Notes under the pieces: generated by a model
Database searches by the model: none
The model's input: only the letters and a program-made list of their open reading frames with translations
Told to the model about the DNA's origin: nothing
Translations under genes and position numbers: made by a program
Part shown: one piece after another, positions 25,255 through 25,399 of the stretch
How positions within the stretch are numbered: the first letter of the stretch is position 1
Layout of the letters: each line of letters opens with the position of its first letter
Origin: a virus
Taxonomy: Duplodnaviria > Caudoviricetes
Length of the DNA: 25,399 bases
IMG/VR virus record: IMGVR_UViG_3300033067_000454
Coordinates: 1-25,399 of that record
Direction: 5' to 3' (one strand)

Positions 25255-25399
25255 AAAGAGAGCTACCAACATTTGATTCAGGATTTAGCAGAGCATTTGT
25301 TAAACCGATCACAGACATTGAGCGTACTGATATTCATCAATTAGTATTTTATTACTATCGATTAAGAAACCTTTACTTTGGAACGAGTAAGAATGGATT
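25251..25399 (+). CDS. Hypothetical protein, truncated by the window edge (MKRELPTFDSGFSRAFVKP...)
   Basis: ATGA overlap with the upstream stop; frame is open to the window end. Confidence 0.6.
   Translation, partial: MKRELPTFDSGFSRAFVKPITDIERTDIHQLVFYYYRLRNLYFGTSKNG

Larger units (their letters stand above)
1..25399. mobile_element. Tailed dsDNA bacteriophage (or prophage) segment, siphovirus-like, probably infecting Bacteroidota
   Basis: Terminases, portal, protease, capsid, tail tube, tape measure and a frameshifted chaperone are all present, with no host housekeeping genes. Host inferred from TAnnTTTG promoters and A-rich starts. No integrase, att site or lysis gene recognised in the window. 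Confidence 0.95.

Noticed and set aside
25251-25274. N-terminus MKRELPTF resembles the protease N-terminus MKKELPIY
   Set aside because: The similarity covers only about 8 residues and ends immediately; chance is likely.
1-25399. Alternative genetic code, tRNA or rRNA genes
   Set aside because: The standard code gives near-complete coding density with TAA, TGA and TAG all used as stops, and no intergenic gap shows a cloverleaf or rRNA-like sequence.

Overview
This is an AT-rich segment of a tailed dsDNA phage with a siphovirus-like gene set. The host is probably Bacteroidota, because TAnnTTTG host-type promoters are present and start contexts are A-rich and lack an obvious SD sequence. From ~23.6 kb down to base 1 the minus strand carries an ECF-like sigma factor, two small CxxC proteins, a six-enzyme glycan cluster (GT-B, three GT-A/GT2-like, FkbM methyltransferase, NodZ/fucosyltransferase-like), terS and terL. 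These are followed by a virion module in unusual order: tail chaperone with a -1 frameshift, tail-tip and fibre genes, tape measure, prohead protease, scaffold, capsid, tail tube, portal, adaptor, and a >693-aa neck/fibre gene missed by the ORF track. The last 1.7 kb is a divergent plus-strand early/regulatory operon. The main observations are: (1) the glycan cluster is joined without gaps to the sigma factor and terminases; (2) an exact bipartite motif GTAATAAA-N12-GCACTCTT occurs three times ahead of structural genes; (3) a candidate ~60-nt sRNA and a 3'UTR are complementary to early-gene start codons; (4) a programmed -1 frameshift has a long dual-coding overlap. All protein calls come from motif recognition by eye, with no database searches.
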